DNA of 64,000 nucleotides, from assembly GCA_965223705.1 (NCBI GenBank), contig OZ245015.1:192001-256000 (forward strand), given 5' to 3'. Below the pieces are notes generated by a model. It saw only the letters and a list, made by a program, of their open reading frames with translations, made no database searches and was not told the DNA's origin. Origin of the DNA: Myxococcota bacterium. Its GTDB lineage: Bacteria > Myxococcota_A > UBA9160 > UBA6930. Of this stretch, positions 1 through 14,132 are shown piece by piece (the first letter of the stretch is position 1; each line of letters begins with the position of its first letter). A program made the translations under genes and the position numbers.

Positions 1-27
1 AGACTTCCGCAGCGATTCCCGCACGTT

Positions 28-2856
28 TTGACGGAGTCGGCTGCGCCCCGAGAATGGATCGTCGTCGAGGGCGCGCGCGAGCACAATCTCCAGGACATCG
101 ACGTCCGTATCCCGCGGGACGCGTTCGTCGTGATCACGGGATTGTCCGGCTCGGGCAAGTCCTCGCTCGCATTCGACACTCTCTATGCGGAGGGTCAGCG
201 CCGCTACGTCGAATCCCTTTCCGCGTACGCGCGCCAGTTTCTCGATCAGATGAACAAGCCCGACGCCGATACCATCGACGGCCTCTCTCCGGCGATCGCG
301 ATCGAGCAAAAGACCACGAGCCGGAGCCCGCGCAGCACCGTCGGCACCGTCACGGAAATCTACGACCACCTGAGGTTGCTGTTCGCGCGCGCCGGGGACG
401 CCCACTGTCCGAACTGTGGTCAGCCCATCGCGAGCCAGACGCTTTCGCAAATGAGTGATCACGTCTTGACACTCCCCGAAGGCACCCGCGTGCAAGTGCT
501 GGCGCCGGTCGTGCGCGGCCGCAAGGGCGAATACAAGAAGGAGCTCGCGCTCTTCCGGCGACAGGGTTTCGTGCGCGTTCGCGTCGACGGCGACACGTAC
601 GACCTCGGTGACGAAATTCGGCTCGACAAGCGGCGCGCCCACGACATCGACGTCGTGGTCGATCGCCTGTCGGTGAAGGACGCCGCGCGAGCGCGAATCG
701 CGGAGTCGATCGAGACCGCAGCGCGCTTGGCCGACGGTTTGGTCAAACTCGATGTCGCGGGCGGCGAGGAACAACTCCTTTCGGAATCGAACGCGTGTGT
801 CGACTGCGGCATCTCGCTCCCGGAGCTCGCGCCGCGCTTGTTCTCGTTCAACAGTCCTCACGGTGCGTGCGCTCGTTGCGACGGAATCGGACAGATCGAA
901 GAGCTCGATCCCGAACGCTTCGTGCCCGACCCGAGTCTCTCGGTCGCCGATGGGGCAATCGCACCGTGGCAGGGCCGACGCAACCGCAAGTACTACCGTG
1001 GGATCCTCGCCTCCCTCGCCGACGATCTGGGCTTCGATCTCGAGACTCCCTGGTGTGATCTCGAGAAGGACATACAGCGAGCACTGCTCCTCGGCACCGG
1101 GGATCGCGAAATCGAATTCGTACTCCCGCGCGGCCGACGTCGCCAGAAGTTCCGCCGCACGTTCGACGGAGTACTCGGCGATCTCGAACGCAAGCTCGCA
1201 GAAGATCCCGAGCTGGCACTCGAGCTCGCGCCGTTCGGTAGCCCCCATGCGTGTCCGGAATGCGACGGCACCCGCTTGCGCAAAGAAGCGCGTAGCGTTC
1301 GTATCTGCGGCGAAACGATCGCGGAACTGGCGGGCCGCGATGTGGCTTCCCTGCGGACTTTTCTCGACGAGCTCGCGTTGTCGCCCGAGCGTCGCGAAAT
1401 CGCGGACCGGATACTCCGCGAGGTCTCCGACCGCCTCCGTTTCCTCTCCGACGTCGGTCTCGACTACCTGACCCTCGACCGCCCGAGCGCGACGCTCTCG
1501 GGCGGGGAGGGGCAGCGCATCCGATTGGCGACACAAATCGGCGCGAGCTTGATGGGGGTTTTGTACATCCTCGACGAACCCTCGATCGGCCTCCACGCGC
1601 GCGACAATCAGAAACTCCTGGAGAGTCTCAAGCGACTGCGAGAAACGGGGAACAGTGTGCTCGTCGTCGAGCACGACGAAGCGACGATACGGGCGGCTGA
1701 CCATGTGATTGATATGGGCCCCGGCGCCGGCCGGCACGGCGGGCGCGTCGTCGCCGAGGGAAAACCCGAGGAAATTGCGGATCACCCGGAATCGCCCACC
1801 GGTGCGTACTTGGCCGGCCGTAACGCGATCGCGGTCCCGAGCGCGCGCCGGCCTGTCGGTGAGAAGAAGCTCCGCTTGGAGGGCTGCCGCGAGCACAACC
1901 TGAAGAACCTGGCCGCTGACTTCCCCCTCGGTTGTTTCATCGCGGTGACGGGTGTGTCCGGATCGGGCAAGTCGACGCTCGTCAACGACACGCTGTACCG
2001 CGCGCTCGCGCAGCGACTCTACCGGGCAAAAGATCCGCCCGGCCGCTTCCGCCGCCTCTCGGGTGCGCAGTGGATCGACAAGGTCATCGACGTCAACCAA
2101 GCTCCGATCGGGCGTACGCCGCGCAGCAACCCCGCGACGTACACGGGCGCGTTCGGCGCGATTCGAGAGCTCTTCCGCCAGGTGCCGGAAGCGCGCGCGC
2201 GCGGCTACGGACCGGGCCGCTTCTCCTTCAACGTGAAGGGCGGCCGTTGTGAATCCTGTCAGGGCGATGGGCTCATTCGCATCGAGATGCATTTCCTGCC
2301 CGACATCTATGTCACGTGCGAGGTGTGCAACGGCCGGCGTTACAACCGCGAAACGCTCGAGATCACGTACAGAGGTCGAAGCATCGCCGACGTCCTGGAG
2401 ATGACGGTTTCGGAAGCGGCGGAGTTCATGGCGAACATCCCGAGCATCAAACGCCCGCTCGAAACACTGGACGAGGTCGGGCTCGGTTACATCCACCTGG
2501 GCCAAGCGGCGACCACGCTTTCGGGCGGCGAAGCGCAGCGCGTGAAACTCGCGAAAGAGCTCGCACGCCGAAGCAGCGGTAAGACGCTCTACATCCTCGA
2601 TGAGCCGACGACAGGGCTCCATTTCGCCGACATCGATCGCCTCCTCCAGGTGCTCAAGCGTCTCGTCGAACGCGGCAACACCGTCGTCGTCATCGAGCAT
2701 CAGCTCGACGTCATCAAGTCGGCCGACCATGTCATCGACTTGGGGCCCGAGGGCGGAGGCGACGGTGGTCACGTCGTGGTCGCCGGAACCCCCGAAGACG
2801 TCGCGGCGTGTGCCGCGAGCCACACGGGCCGGGCGCTCGCCGAAGTCCTTTCATAA
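28..2856 (+). CDS. uvrA: Excinuclease ABC subunit A
   Basis: GAREHNL start, two Walker A motifs ([16 protein letters not shown]), LSGGE signatures, CxxC zinc fingers; TTG start. Confidence 0.97.
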   Translation: MTESAAPREWIVVEGAREHNLQDIDVRIPRDAFVVITGLSGSGKSSLAFDTLYAEGQRRYVESLSAYARQFLDQMNKPDADTIDGLSPAIAIEQKTTSRSPRSTVGTVTEIYDHLRLLFARAGDAHCPNCGQPIASQTLSQMSDHVLTLPEGTRVQVLAPVVRGRKGEYKKELALFRRQGFVRVRVDGDTYDLGDEIRLDKRRAHDIDVVVDRLSVKDAARARIAESIETAARLADGLVKLDVAGGEEQLLSESNACVDCGISLPELAPRLFSFNSPHGACARCDGIGQIEELDPERFVPDPSLSVADGAIAPWQGRRNRKYYRGILASLADDLGFDLETPWCDLEKDIQRALLLGTGDREIEFVLPRGRRRQKFRRTFDGVLGDLERKLAEDPELALELAPFGSPHACPECDGTRLRKEARSVRICGETIAELAGRDVASLRTFLDELALSPERREIADRILREVSDRLRFLSDVGLDYLTLDRPSATLSGGEGQRIRLATQIGASLMGVLYILDEPSIGLHARDNQKLLESLKRLRETGNSVLVVEHDEATIRAADHVIDMGPGAGRHGGRVVAEGKPEEIADHPESPTGAYLAGRNAIAVPSARRPVGEKKLRLEGCREHNLKNLAADFPLGCFIAVTGVSGSGKSTLVNDTLYRALAQRLYRAKDPPGRFRRLSGAQWIDKVIDVNQAPIGRTPRSNPATYTGAFGAIRELFRQVPEARARGYGPGRFSFNVKGGRCESCQGDGLIRIEMHFLPDIYVTCEVCNGRRYNRETLEITYRGRSIADVLEMTVSEAAEFMANIPSIKRPLETLDEVGLGYIHLGQAATTLSGGEAQRVKLAKELARRSSGKTLYILDEPTTGLHFADIDRLLQVLKRLVERGNTVVVIEHQLDVIKSADHVIDLGPEGGGDGGHVVVAGTPEDVAACAASHTGRALAEVLS

Positions 2857-2876
2857 CCTCGAGCTCCGGAGGCGTC

Positions 2877-3629
2877 ATGGCCGAACTGTTCACCACGGAA
2901 AACCTCGTCGCGTTGTTGACGCTCGCGAGCCTCGAGATCGTGCTCGGGATCGACAACATCGTCTTCATCTCGATTCTCTGCGCGAAGCTTCCGCCTCAAC
3001 TCCAGGCGCGGGGACGCCAGGTGGGTCTCGCCTTGGCGATGGCGCTCCGGATCCTGTTGCTGCTTTCGATCAGCTGGGTGATGGGACTGACGGAGCCGCT
3101 GTTTTCGCTGCTCGGTCACGCGGTGAGCGGGCGCGATCTCATTCTGCTCGTCGGCGGGTTGTTTCTTCTGGGCAAAGCCACGTGGGAGATCCACGACAAG
3201 CTCGAGGGTGCCGATGGCCATGGAGACGGTAGCGGCGCCAAGAAGTACGCGAGTTTTGGCGCCGTCCTCCTCCAGATTGCGGCGCTCGACTTGGTCTTCT
3301 CCTTGGATTCCGTCATCACCGCGGTCGGGATGGCGGATCGCATCGAGATCATGATCGCTGCGGTCGTGATCGCCGTCGTCGTGATGATGATTTTCGCGGG
3401 CACGATCAGTCGCTTCGTCGAGCGACATCCGACGCTCAAGATGCTCGCATTAGCGTTCTTGATTTTGATCGGCGCGATGCTCGTCCTCGAGGGCTTCGGG
3501 AAGCACGTCGAGAAGGGTTACATCTACTTTGCGATGGCGTTCTCACTCACCGTCGAGCTTCTCAACATGCGCTTCCGCAAGGTGCGCAAGCCCGTGGAAC
3601 TCAAACAGAGCTACGTAACCGAGGCGTAG
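2877..3629 (+). CDS. TerC/Alx-family membrane protein
   Basis: LEIVLGIDN and DLVFSLDSVITAVG motifs; ATG 2877 preceded by GGAGG. Confidence 0.92.
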   Translation: MAELFTTENLVALLTLASLEIVLGIDNIVFISILCAKLPPQLQARGRQVGLALAMALRILLLLSISWVMGLTEPLFSLLGHAVSGRDLILLVGGLFLLGKATWEIHDKLEGADGHGDGSGAKKYASFGAVLLQIAALDLVFSLDSVITAVGMADRIEIMIAAVVIAVVVMMIFAGTISRFVERHPTLKMLALAFLILIGAMLVLEGFGKHVEKGYIYFAMAFSLTVELLNMRFRKVRKPVELKQSYVTEA

Positions 3630-3632
3630 CGC

Positions 3633-4283
3633 TCAGCGCGCGGCGAGGGGCCCCGGCCGGAGCTCCTCGCTCACCATGCCGCGTGCGGCCAAGGCTTCGA
3701 GCAGCGAGCGAAGCACCGCGGCGGGGTCTCGGTCGGCGTCGATCCGCTCGATGTACGGGCGGCTCAGCGCGGCGAACTCGCGCGCGACGGACCGCAAGCT
3801 GTCCGCCAGCTCGAAGGCATCGTTTTCGCCCCGGTGACTCACTCGTTTGAGACCGGCGCCCACGTCGAGTTCGAGAATCAGCGCGCAATCCGGTACTGGA
3901 AAGCGCGCTTCCTGCTCGGCGAGAATCTGCTCTCGGTCGAGGCCGCGCGCGCCCTGGTAGGCCGCGGTGGAGAGGAAGTAGCGATCCGTCACCACCCACC
4001 GACCGAGTTCCATGGCGGGTAGGACGACGGAATCGACGTGCTCGGCGCGATCTTTCACGAAGAGCTCGAGTTCTTCGTTCGCCGGAAGTCGCTCGCCCGC
4101 GGCCGCCGCCGCGCGAATACGCGAGCCGTACACACCGTCGGTGGGCTCCCGGGTCAGCACGTTGGCGATACCGTCCCGCTCGAGGGCCTCGGAAAGCAAA
4201 CGTGCTTGCGTCGACTTGCCCGCACCGTCGATGCCCTCGATTGCGATCAGCAGACCGCGTTGATGTGTAGCGCCGTCGTTCAC
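3633..4283 (-). CDS. tmk: Thymidylate kinase
   Basis: IAIEGIDGAGKST P-loop, TREP, DRY..S..AYQG. Confidence 0.95.
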   Translation of the reverse strand: MNDGATHQRGLLIAIEGIDGAGKSTQARLLSEALERDGIANVLTREPTDGVYGSRIRAAAAAGERLPANEELELFVKDRAEHVDSVVLPAMELGRWVVTDRYFLSTAAYQGARGLDREQILAEQEARFPVPDCALILELDVGAGLKRVSHRGENDAFELADSLRSVAREFAALSRPYIERIDADRDPAAVLRSLLEALAARGMVSEELRPGPLAAR

Positions 4284-4351
4284 CGTATATGGACCCTAGG
4301 CCACGCACCGCCTTCAAACGAGACCAAAGCAGCGCGCCACGCGAGAGAGCT

Positions 4352-4367
4352 GGGCATGTCATTTGCG
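4352..4367 (+). promoter_or_regulatory. Putative sigma54 -24/-12 promoter
   Basis: GGGCAT-GTCAT-TTGCG; GG (4353-54) and GC (4365-66) are 10 nt apart; one mismatch at the leading T. Confidence 0.5.
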
Positions 4368-4377
4368 TTGGGTGCAG

Positions 4378-4523
4378 TGCGATGCCGTTGGGCATCGCCC
4401 GTTTGCACCCCTCTACCGGGACCGGGGGTCGGCGGGTTTTGGAGGCGCCGGGTGAGGGCTTGGCGTGACGTGGGAAAACAACATGGGGTGAGGCCTGCGT
4501 CACTGCTCGCGCCCGGCGTCTCC
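4378..4523 (+). ncRNA. Candidate structured small RNA A
   Basis: 5' hairpin 4379-4398; long hairpin 4441-4523 with five G.U pairs valid only on the + strand, opposite to both flanking genes. Confidence 0.5.
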
Positions 4524-4555
4524 CGCAGCCGGGGCGATCGCCCCGGCTGTAGGAG
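4520..4555. terminator. Strong GC hairpin after atpE, possibly a bidirectional terminator
   Basis: CTCCCGCAGCCGGGGC-GATC-GCCCCGGCTGTAGGAG; no clear U tract. Confidence 0.45.
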
Positions 4556-4566
4556 TCGCGGCGGCC

Positions 4567-4896
4567 CTAGCCGGCGGCCGGAATGCGGAAGACGAGGAGG
4601 AGGCCCACGACGAGCCCGTAAATCGCGATCGACTCGATGAGCACCATGCCGAGAATGAAGTTGGTGAACATCGACCCTGCGGCGCCGGGATTGCGCGCAA
4701 TGCCCGCGGTGGTGTTACCGGCCGTGAGCCCTTGGCCAATACCGCAGCCGAGCGCGGCGAAACCGATCGCGATGCCAGCGCCCAGTGCGTAGCCCCAGCT
4801 GTCGCCACCGCCGGTCGCGCCCTGCGCGGCGGCCGCCATCGGCATGAGCAGCACGGCGAGGGTGTAGAGTGCAATTCGGTATGCCTTACGCATCAT
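4567..4896 (-). CDS. atpE: ATP synthase Fo subunit c
   Basis: GIGQG, ARNP loop, IESIAIY with the conserved Glu; N-terminal extension. Confidence 0.96.
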   Translation of the reverse strand: MMRKAYRIALYTLAVLLMPMAAAAQGATGGGDSWGYALGAGIAIGFAALGCGIGQGLTAGNTTAGIARNPGAAGSMFTNFILGMVLIESIAIYGLVVGLLLVFRIPAAG

Positions 4897-4908
4897 CAGT
4901 CTCCTTCA

Positions 4909-5628
4909 TTAGTGCGCTTCTTCGAGCGCCAATCCGATGTAAATCATCGTGAGTAGGGCGAACACGTAGGCCTGCAAGAACGAGACGAGCACGCCAAGCC
5001 CCATGAACGCGGCCGGCAGCACCGCCGGAACCAACATCAACCAAACGCCGACAACGGTGTGGTCGGCGAACATATTGGCGAGGAGCCGGATGCCCAGTGA
5101 GAGCACCCGCGCGCCGTGCGCCACGATTTCGAGAACCAAGAAAAGCGGGGCGAGCAGGCGCAAGTGATACGTCTTGTCGCCGACCTTCAGGTCGTAGAGG
5201 CTCGGCCCGAGAAAATGATTGAGGTAGCCCCAACCGTGCTTGCGAATGCCGACCCACTCCGAGACACCGAACGCGATGAGTGCCCAAGCGAACGTCGTGT
5301 TGCGGTCGCTCGTGGCGCCCCCGATCCCGGGGATCAGCCCGATCAAATTCGAGATCAATACGAAGACGAAAATCGTGCCGACGATCGGGAACCAACGACG
5401 CCACTCCGGTCCCATGTTCTGCTCAGCGAGATCCGAGAGGAAATCGACGATGAGCTCGAACACGTTTCGGACGCTCATCCCTTCGTCCGGAATGACTCCG
5501 CCGTTGTTGGCCGCAATACCGGCTCGCACACGCCAGCCGAAAAACGCCATGATGAGGAACGTGAAGAGAGCGGAACTAACCACCCACGGAATGCCCGTGT
5601 GATCTTCGATCGTTTCAAAGATGTTCAC
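4909..5628 (-). CDS. atpB: ATP synthase Fo subunit a
   Basis: SLGIRLLANM (essential Arg), LQAYVFALL; upstream of atpE. Confidence 0.96.
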   Translation of the reverse strand: MNIFETIEDHTGIPWVVSSALFTFLIMAFFGWRVRAGIAANNGGVIPDEGMSVRNVFELIVDFLSDLAEQNMGPEWRRWFPIVGTIFVFVLISNLIGLIPGIGGATSDRNTTFAWALIAFGVSEWVGIRKHGWGYLNHFLGPSLYDLKVGDKTYHLRLLAPLFLVLEIVAHGARVLSLGIRLLANMFADHTVVGVWLMLVPAVLPAAFMGLGVLVSFLQAYVFALLTMIYIGLALEEAH

Positions 5629-6116
5629 GCTTCGTCCTCATCTTCGATGTCGTTCTCCCGGGCAAACCAGGGGTTCCAGGCCTCCCATGCGGCTTCCTCT
5701 TCGTCGAGCGGGGCCGCTTCGACGACTTGCGGGCGTGCGAGCCAGGCGGAGAGCAACGTCGACGGGACGATGAGGGAGAGGCCGATCACCAACCCGACGG
5801 GATGCGCGCCGGCCCACAGGGAGCCCGCGATCGCCGCGAGCAGCAGAGAGAAGCGCAACCCGAAGCCCGCAGCGGCGATGGCCGAGCCGTTCCAGGCATT
5901 GTTGAACGTCGCCTCGCTGTTGCGGCGCAGCGACCGGAAATTCACCGCTTCGAGAAGCGCGCCCAATGCGAGACTCCCGGTAAAAGCCGGCGTCGCCAGG
6001 GCCCACGCTGTCGCGACGGCGCCACCCGCGATCGCCGCGTGCAAGCGCTGCACGGGACCCGCGTCGAGAACCACTGCGTCGGAACTCTGGGTGTTCGCCA
6101 ATCCGTCGTCTACCAA
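5625..6116 (-). CDS. atpI: ATP synthase protein I-like membrane protein (start uncertain)
   Basis: Four hydrophobic segments; position between atpZ-like gene and atpB. Confidence 0.7.
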   Translation of the reverse strand: MVDDGLANTQSSDAVVLDAGPVQRLHAAIAGGAVATAWALATPAFTGSLALGALLEAVNFRSLRRNSEATFNNAWNGSAIAAAGFGLRFSLLLAAIAGSLWAGAHPVGLVIGLSLIVPSTLLSAWLARPQVVEAAPLDEEEAAWEAWNPWFARENDIEDEDEA

Positions 6117-6406
6117 TCGTCTTTGTCCTGTGCGTCCCACGGGTCGTCCCACGCTTCGGGCGGGAGCGGCCGCGGAGGCTCATCGCCTTCTTCTTCGATT
6201 CGCAACGCTTCGAGCCGGCGGCTGAGTCGGACGATTCGCAAGATGAACGCTCCGAAACCGACCGCCAAACCGATGAGCGTACCGACAGGCGTTGTTCCCG
6301 CCGCGTGGTCAGCCCAAAAACCGAGGCCCGTGCCGACCAGGATGGCGATCACCGCCTCGAGCCCGCCTTGGTAAGCCAAAGCGCCGCGTCGGTTGGGACT
6401 CTTCAC
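6110..6406 (-). CDS. atpZ: AtpZ/AtpI-family protein
   Basis: G.G.WAD...GTTP...LIG...G pattern; first gene of the Fo operon. Confidence 0.75.
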   Translation of the reverse strand: MKSPNRRGALAYQGGLEAVIAILVGTGLGFWADHAAGTTPVGTLIGLAVGFGAFILRIVRLSRRLEALRIEEEGDEPPRPLPPEAWDDPWDAQDKDDW

Positions 6407-6517
6407 GATGCATCACCGCGCCAGAACCCCCTACGGGGCCCGTCCTGGCTGCATGCGGGCCGCATAGTAGCCGAGGGCCCAGTGCCACTCAACGCGCCCG
6501 AGCCTCTGTCGCGCGCC

Positions 6518-7813
6518 TCAACGCGCGCGTCGAACGGCGGCGAAGGCGTCTTCCGCGGCATCGAGTGTCCGTGCCACGTCGCGTCGCGAATGCGCCGTCG
6601 AGACGAACCCGGCCTCGAACGCCGACGGCGCTAGATACACACCGGCGTCGAGCATGGCGCGGTGGAAGCGCGCGAACCGCTTGAGATCGGAGCCGGACGC
6701 CGCTTCGAAATCCCACACCGGACCGTCCCGGAAGAAGAAACCGAACATGCCGCCCACCGAAGTGGTGTGGAACGGGATCCCGAACGCCTCCGCGCGTTGC
6801 GCGAGGCCGTCCGCCAACGCGGAGGTCCGCTCGCCGAGGATCTCGTAGACGCCGTCCTCTTTGAGGGCGTCGAGCGTCACGACACCTGCGGCCATTGCCA
6901 GCGGATTTCCGGACAGCGTTCCCGCCTGATAGACGGGCCCGTCCGGTGCGATTTCTTTCATCAGCTCCTTCGAGCCGCCGTAGGCCGCGGCCGGCAAACC
7001 GCCACCGATCACCTTGCCGAAGCAGGAGAGATCGGGTTTGACGCGGTACAGGCGTTGCGCGCCCCCCCAGGCCACGCGAAATCCCGTCATCACCTCGTCG
7101 AAGATCAACAGGGCCCCGTGGCGATCGCAGAGCTCGCGAAGACCGCGCAAGAAGCCGGCGCGGGGCGGGATGCATCCCATGTTGCCGGCGACGGGTTCGA
7201 CGATGACGCATGCGAGCTCGTCGCCCCAGCGTTCGAACGCGCGCGTCACGGCCGTGAGATCGTTGAACGGCGCCTGCACCGTCAAACCCGCGAACTCCGG
7301 CGGGACGCCCGGCGAGCCCGGGATTCCGAGGGTCGCCACACCACTGCCCGCGCCGACGAGCAGTGCGTCGGCGTGGCCGTGATAGCAGCCGTCGAATTTG
7401 AGGATGCGCTTGCGACCTGTCGCCCCGCGCGCGAGGCGCAGCGCGCTCATGGTGGCTTCGGTCCCGGAGTTTACGAAGCGCAACCGGGACACGCTCGGTA
7501 GCGCGTCGCAGACCCGTTCGGCGATTTCGACTTCGAGCCGCGTCGGCGCACCAAAACTCGTGCCCCGACTCGCCGCTTCCCGAACCGCCCGCAGCACCTT
7601 CGGATGCGCGTGGCCGAGGATCAACGGACCCCACGAGCCGACGTAGTCGATGTAGCGATTACCGTCTTCGTCTGTGACCGTCGCGCCTTTGCCCGAGGCG
7701 ATGAACGGCGGCGTCCCACCGACGGCTTGGAACGCGCGCACGGGGCTGTTGACGCCACCGGGCAAACGGCGTTTTGCACGCGCAAAGAGTTTTTTAGAGA
7801 CGTCGCGCTTCAT
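6518..7813 (-). CDS. hemL: Glutamate-1-semialdehyde 2,1-aminomutase
   Basis: [37 protein letters not shown]. Confidence 0.97.
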   Translation of the reverse strand: MKRDVSKKLFARAKRRLPGGVNSPVRAFQAVGGTPPFIASGKGATVTDEDGNRYIDYVGSWGPLILGHAHPKVLRAVREAASRGTSFGAPTRLEVEIAERVCDALPSVSRLRFVNSGTEATMSALRLARGATGRKRILKFDGCYHGHADALLVGAGSGVATLGIPGSPGVPPEFAGLTVQAPFNDLTAVTRAFERWGDELACVIVEPVAGNMGCIPPRAGFLRGLRELCDRHGALLIFDEVMTGFRVAWGGAQRLYRVKPDLSCFGKVIGGGLPAAAYGGSKELMKEIAPDGPVYQAGTLSGNPLAMAAGVVTLDALKEDGVYEILGERTSALADGLAQRAEAFGIPFHTTSVGGMFGFFFRDGPVWDFEAASGSDLKRFARFHRAMLDAGVYLAPSAFEAGFVSTAHSRRDVARTLDAAEDAFAAVRRAR

Positions 7814-7823
7814 CGGCCCACGA

Positions 7824-10313
7824 TCATTGCTGCGTCGCTTCCTCGCGTTCGGCCAAGCGAGCCATGGCGACCAGGTCTTCGCCCTCGCCGAGCTCCATCA
7901 CCCGGACGCCCTGGGTCGCGCGTCCCATCGTCGAAATCGTGCTGACCGGGCAGCGAAGGACCTTGCCGCCGTTCGTAATCAGCATGACTTGGTCGTCGTC
8001 GAGGACCTGCGCAACGCCCACGACCTGCCCGTTCCGCGCGCTGGTGCGGATCGTGATGATGCCTTGCCCACCGCGACTCTGGACCCGGTAGTCGTCGAGC
8101 GGTGTGCGTTTCCCGTAGCCGCGTTCCGTCACGGTGAGAATCGTCGCGCCGGGAGAAAGGATCTCCATGCCGACGACTTCATCGGCGTCGGCGAGTTTCA
8201 TTCCGCGCACGCCCGAGGCGGTCCGGCCCATCGGTCGGACTTGCTCTTCTTTGAAGCGGATCGACTTGCCACTGCGCGAGGCGAGGATGACTTCTTGCTC
8301 GCCGGAAGTGCGACTCGCGGAGATGAGTTCGTCATCGTCCGCCAAGTTGATGGCGATGATGCCGCCGCGGCGGGGATTCGAATAGGCGCCGAGACTCGTC
8401 TTCTTGATCTGTCCCTTGCGTGTACAAAGAATGACGAAGTTCTCGCCGTCTTCCTCGAATGTCCGCACCGGCAGCGTCGCTTGCACCCGTTCGTCTTCTT
8501 GAAGCTGCAGGAGGTTGACCAGCGCCTTGCCTCGCGCTGCGCGGCTGAGCTGCGGCAACTCCCAGACCTTCTTCCAGTGCACGCGACCGCGGTTCGTGAA
8601 GAAGAGAATCGTCGCGTGGGTCGAGGCGACGAAGAGGTGCTCGACGAAGTCCTGATCCTTCGTCTCCATGCCCTTCAGGCCCTTGCCACCGCGGCGCTGC
8701 GAGCGGTACTGCGTGATGGCGTTGCGCTTGATGTAACCCGAATGGGAAACCGTGACGACCATCTCTTCTTCGACGATGAGGTCTTCCGTCGTCAGGCCTT
8801 CGACCGCGCCCGTGATCTCCGTTCGCCGATCGTCGCCGTACTTCTCGCGGATTTCCGCGAGCTCCTCGAGGACGACTTCGAGAATCCTTTCGTCGCTCGC
8901 CAGGATGGCGCGCAGCTCGGCGATCTTGGCTCGCAGCTCTTCGAGCTCGTCGAGGACCCGCTGGCGTTCGAGTGCGGTGAGCGCGCGCAACCGCATATCG
9001 AGAATCGCCTGTGCCTGACGGTCCGACAGCGAGAATTCGGCGCGCAAACCGGCGCGCGCGGCGGCGGTGTCGTCGGCGCCGCGAATGATCGCGATGACGC
9101 GATCGAGATTTTCGAGCGCGATCGCGAAGCCTTCCAAGATATGCGCGCGCGCTTCTGCCTGGGCGAGGTCGTAGGCCGTGCGACGTGCGATGACTTCGCG
9201 ACGGAAGTCGAGGAAGTGTCGCAGCGAGCTCTTCAGCGGGAGGACCTGTGGTCGCCCGTTGACCAGCGCGAGCATGTTGACACCGAACGTCGTCTGGAGC
9301 GGCGTCTGCTTGTAGAGCTGGTTGAGGATTACTTCCGCCGGCGCATCGCGTCGCAGCTCGATCACGACGCGAATGCCCTTGCGGTCGGACTCGTCGCGTA
9401 GATCCGATACACCGTCGATCTTTCCGTCGCGCACGAGATCGGCAATACGCTCCACCAGCGACGCCTTGTTCACCATGTAGGGGATCTCGCTGACGACGAT
9501 CGCGTCACCGCGTTTCCCCTCTTCGATCTCGGCGCGCGCGCGGACCGTGAGCTGACCCTTGCCCGTGGCGTAGGCGGTGCGGATACCTTCCGTGCCACAG
9601 ATCATGGCGGCGGTCGGGAAATCGGGACCCGGGATCACGGCGAGGAGATCGTCGAGGTCGCAATCCGGGTTGTTCGCTTCGAGCACCAGCGCGTCGATGA
9701 GTTCGCGGATGTTGTGGGGCGGAATGTTCGTCGCCATGCCGACGGCGATCCCGGCGGAGCCATTCGCGAGGAGGTTCGGGAAACGCGTCGGAAGAACCGA
9801 AGGCTCTTCCGTGTGACCGTCGAAATTCGCGACGAAATCGACGGTTTCGCGATCGATATCGCGCAAGAGATCTTCGGCGAGCGGCGCGAGCCGCGCTTCC
9901 GTATAGCGGTATGCGGCGGCGGGATCGCCGTCGATGGATCCGAAGTTCCCCTGACCGTCGATCAGCGGATAACGAAGCGAGAAATCCTGCACCATCCGCA
10001 CCATCGCGTCGTAGATCGCGCCGTCGCCGTGAGGGTGGTAGTGCTTGATCACCTCGCCGACGACACCGGCCGCTTTCGAGTAAGGACGCGAGGGCAGGAG
10101 CCCTTCGTCGTTCATCGCATAGAGAATGCGGCGGTGAACCGGCTTCAGGCCGTCGCGCACGTCGGGGAGTGCGCGACTGACGATGACGGACATCGAGTAC
10201 GCGAGGAACGATGCTCGGACCTCGTCCTCGATATTGACGGGGACGCTTCCGGGATCGTCGGGCGGCGGCGCGGCGCCGTCTTCGGGATTTTCCGGGGGTA
10301 CGTCTTCAGCCAT
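7824..10313 (-). CDS. gyrA: DNA gyrase subunit A
   Basis: [28 protein letters not shown], GyrA box QRRGGKG. Confidence 0.98.
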   Translation of the reverse strand: MAEDVPPENPEDGAAPPPDDPGSVPVNIEDEVRASFLAYSMSVIVSRALPDVRDGLKPVHRRILYAMNDEGLLPSRPYSKAAGVVGEVIKHYHPHGDGAIYDAMVRMVQDFSLRYPLIDGQGNFGSIDGDPAAAYRYTEARLAPLAEDLLRDIDRETVDFVANFDGHTEEPSVLPTRFPNLLANGSAGIAVGMATNIPPHNIRELIDALVLEANNPDCDLDDLLAVIPGPDFPTAAMICGTEGIRTAYATGKGQLTVRARAEIEEGKRGDAIVVSEIPYMVNKASLVERIADLVRDGKIDGVSDLRDESDRKGIRVVIELRRDAPAEVILNQLYKQTPLQTTFGVNMLALVNGRPQVLPLKSSLRHFLDFRREVIARRTAYDLAQAEARAHILEGFAIALENLDRVIAIIRGADDTAAARAGLRAEFSLSDRQAQAILDMRLRALTALERQRVLDELEELRAKIAELRAILASDERILEVVLEELAEIREKYGDDRRTEITGAVEGLTTEDLIVEEEMVVTVSHSGYIKRNAITQYRSQRRGGKGLKGMETKDQDFVEHLFVASTHATILFFTNRGRVHWKKVWELPQLSRAARGKALVNLLQLQEDERVQATLPVRTFEEDGENFVILCTRKGQIKKTSLGAYSNPRRGGIIAINLADDDELISASRTSGEQEVILASRSGKSIRFKEEQVRPMGRTASGVRGMKLADADEVVGMEILSPGATILTVTERGYGKRTPLDDYRVQSRGGQGIITIRTSARNGQVVGVAQVLDDDQVMLITNGGKVLRCPVSTISTMGRATQGVRVMELGEGEDLVAMARLAEREEATQQ

Positions 10314-10343
10314 AGAACCTAAGCCTCGCAGGGTGCGGAGCGG

Positions 10344-12893
<2,550 letters not shown>

Positions 12894-13004
12894 TCAACAG
12901 GGTGGGTCGGCGTGTTCCGCGATATCGGCTCTGCAGCAGACGCTCGTCTGCTGGCCGGAAAAGAGCCTACATAATCTCTAAGTGTGCGTAAACCCTGACG
13001 CTTC

Positions 13005-14132
13005 TCACAAACGCATCGGCATGACCACCGCGATTGCGGTGGTCTCTTCCGCGGGCTCGAGCTGTGCCGGCGCGTTCGCCCCTCCGAGGCCGATCCGGGT
13101 CTCTTTAGCCCCGATTCCGTTCATTGCGTCGAGGAGGTAGCGAGCGTTGAAACCGATTTCGAGGTCTTCCCCGTCGTAGTCGATATCGAGCTCTTCCTGA
13201 GCTTCGCCGAGATCGGGATTCGTCGCGCTGACCACGAGCGTTCCAGACGACAGTGATACTTTGATCGCTCGGCTCCGCTCAGCTGACAGCAATGCGACGC
13301 GTCGGAGAGCGCGCACGACTTCATCCGTCGGGACGTTGAACGTGATCGGGATTTCCTTGGGGATTACTTGGCGGTAGTTCGGGAACTCCCCCTCGATGAG
13401 CCGCATCACTAGCGTGACATCGCCTTTCCTCACCAGGGCGCTGTTTCCATCGAAGCCGATCATCACCTCGTCGGCGTCGTCTTCGTCCACGAGGCGTTTC
13501 AGCTCTGCCAGACCCTTGCGCGGGATGATGACACCGCTCGCGAGTCCCTCGATGTTCTCACCGCCCCCCCGCTCGACCAGGGCCAGGCGGTGACCGTCGG
13601 TGGCAACCATGCGGATGTTGCTCGATTCCGCATCGACCTCGAAGAAGACACCGTTCAGGTTGTATCGGCTTTCGTCGAGGGAGGCCGCGTACATCGTGCG
13701 CTCGACCATGTCCGAGACCACCGGTGCAGAGAGACAGACGAGTTTGCCCGGTTCGAGCTCCGGTAGATCGGGGTATTCGGAAGCTTCATTCCCAGCGAGC
13801 GAGAAACGGGCGCGTCCGCAGCGGATATCGAGGCTCGCTGCATCCTGACTGGTGAGGTGAACGGGTTCTTCGGGGAGCTCTCGCGTGATGTCGTAGAACT
13901 TTCGCGCCGAGACCGTGAGCGTGCCTTCCTCTTCCACGTTCGCGGTGTGCGTGCCTCGAATCCCGATCTCCAGATCCGTCGCGGCGAATTCGAGTTCACC
14001 CTCGCCGTCTTTCTTTCCACGAGCCGTTAGGAGCACGTTGGCGAGAATCGGCATCGTATTGCGTTTCTCGACGATGGCCTGGATGCGGCCAAGACCTCGG
14101 AGAAGCTCGCTCCGTTGAATCGTGAGTTTCAT
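13005..14132 (-). CDS. dnaN: DNA polymerase III beta clamp
   Basis: ATDLEI, VATDGHRL, FPNY, C-terminal VVMPMRL. Confidence 0.97.
   Translation of the reverse strand: MKLTIQRSELLRGLGRIQAIVEKRNTMPILANVLLTARGKKDGEGELEFAATDLEIGIRGTHTANVEEEGTLTVSARKFYDITRELPEEPVHLTSQDAASLDIRCGRARFSLAGNEASEYPDLPELEPGKLVCLSAPVVSDMVERTMYAASLDESRYNLNGVFFEVDAESSNIRMVATDGHRLALVERGGGENIEGLASGVIIPRKGLAELKRLVDEDDADEVMIGFDGNSALVRKGDVTLVMRLIEGEFPNYRQVIPKEIPITFNVPTDEVVRALRRVALLSAERSRAIKVSLSSGTLVVSATNPDLGEAQEELDIDYDGEDLEIGFNARYLLDAMNGIGAKETRIGLGGANAPAQLEPAEETTAIAVVMPMRL

Noticed and set aside
3601..4503. 300 aa minus-strand ORF over tmk and the RNA A locus
   Set aside because: Arg-rich off-frame shadow ORF typical of high-GC DNA
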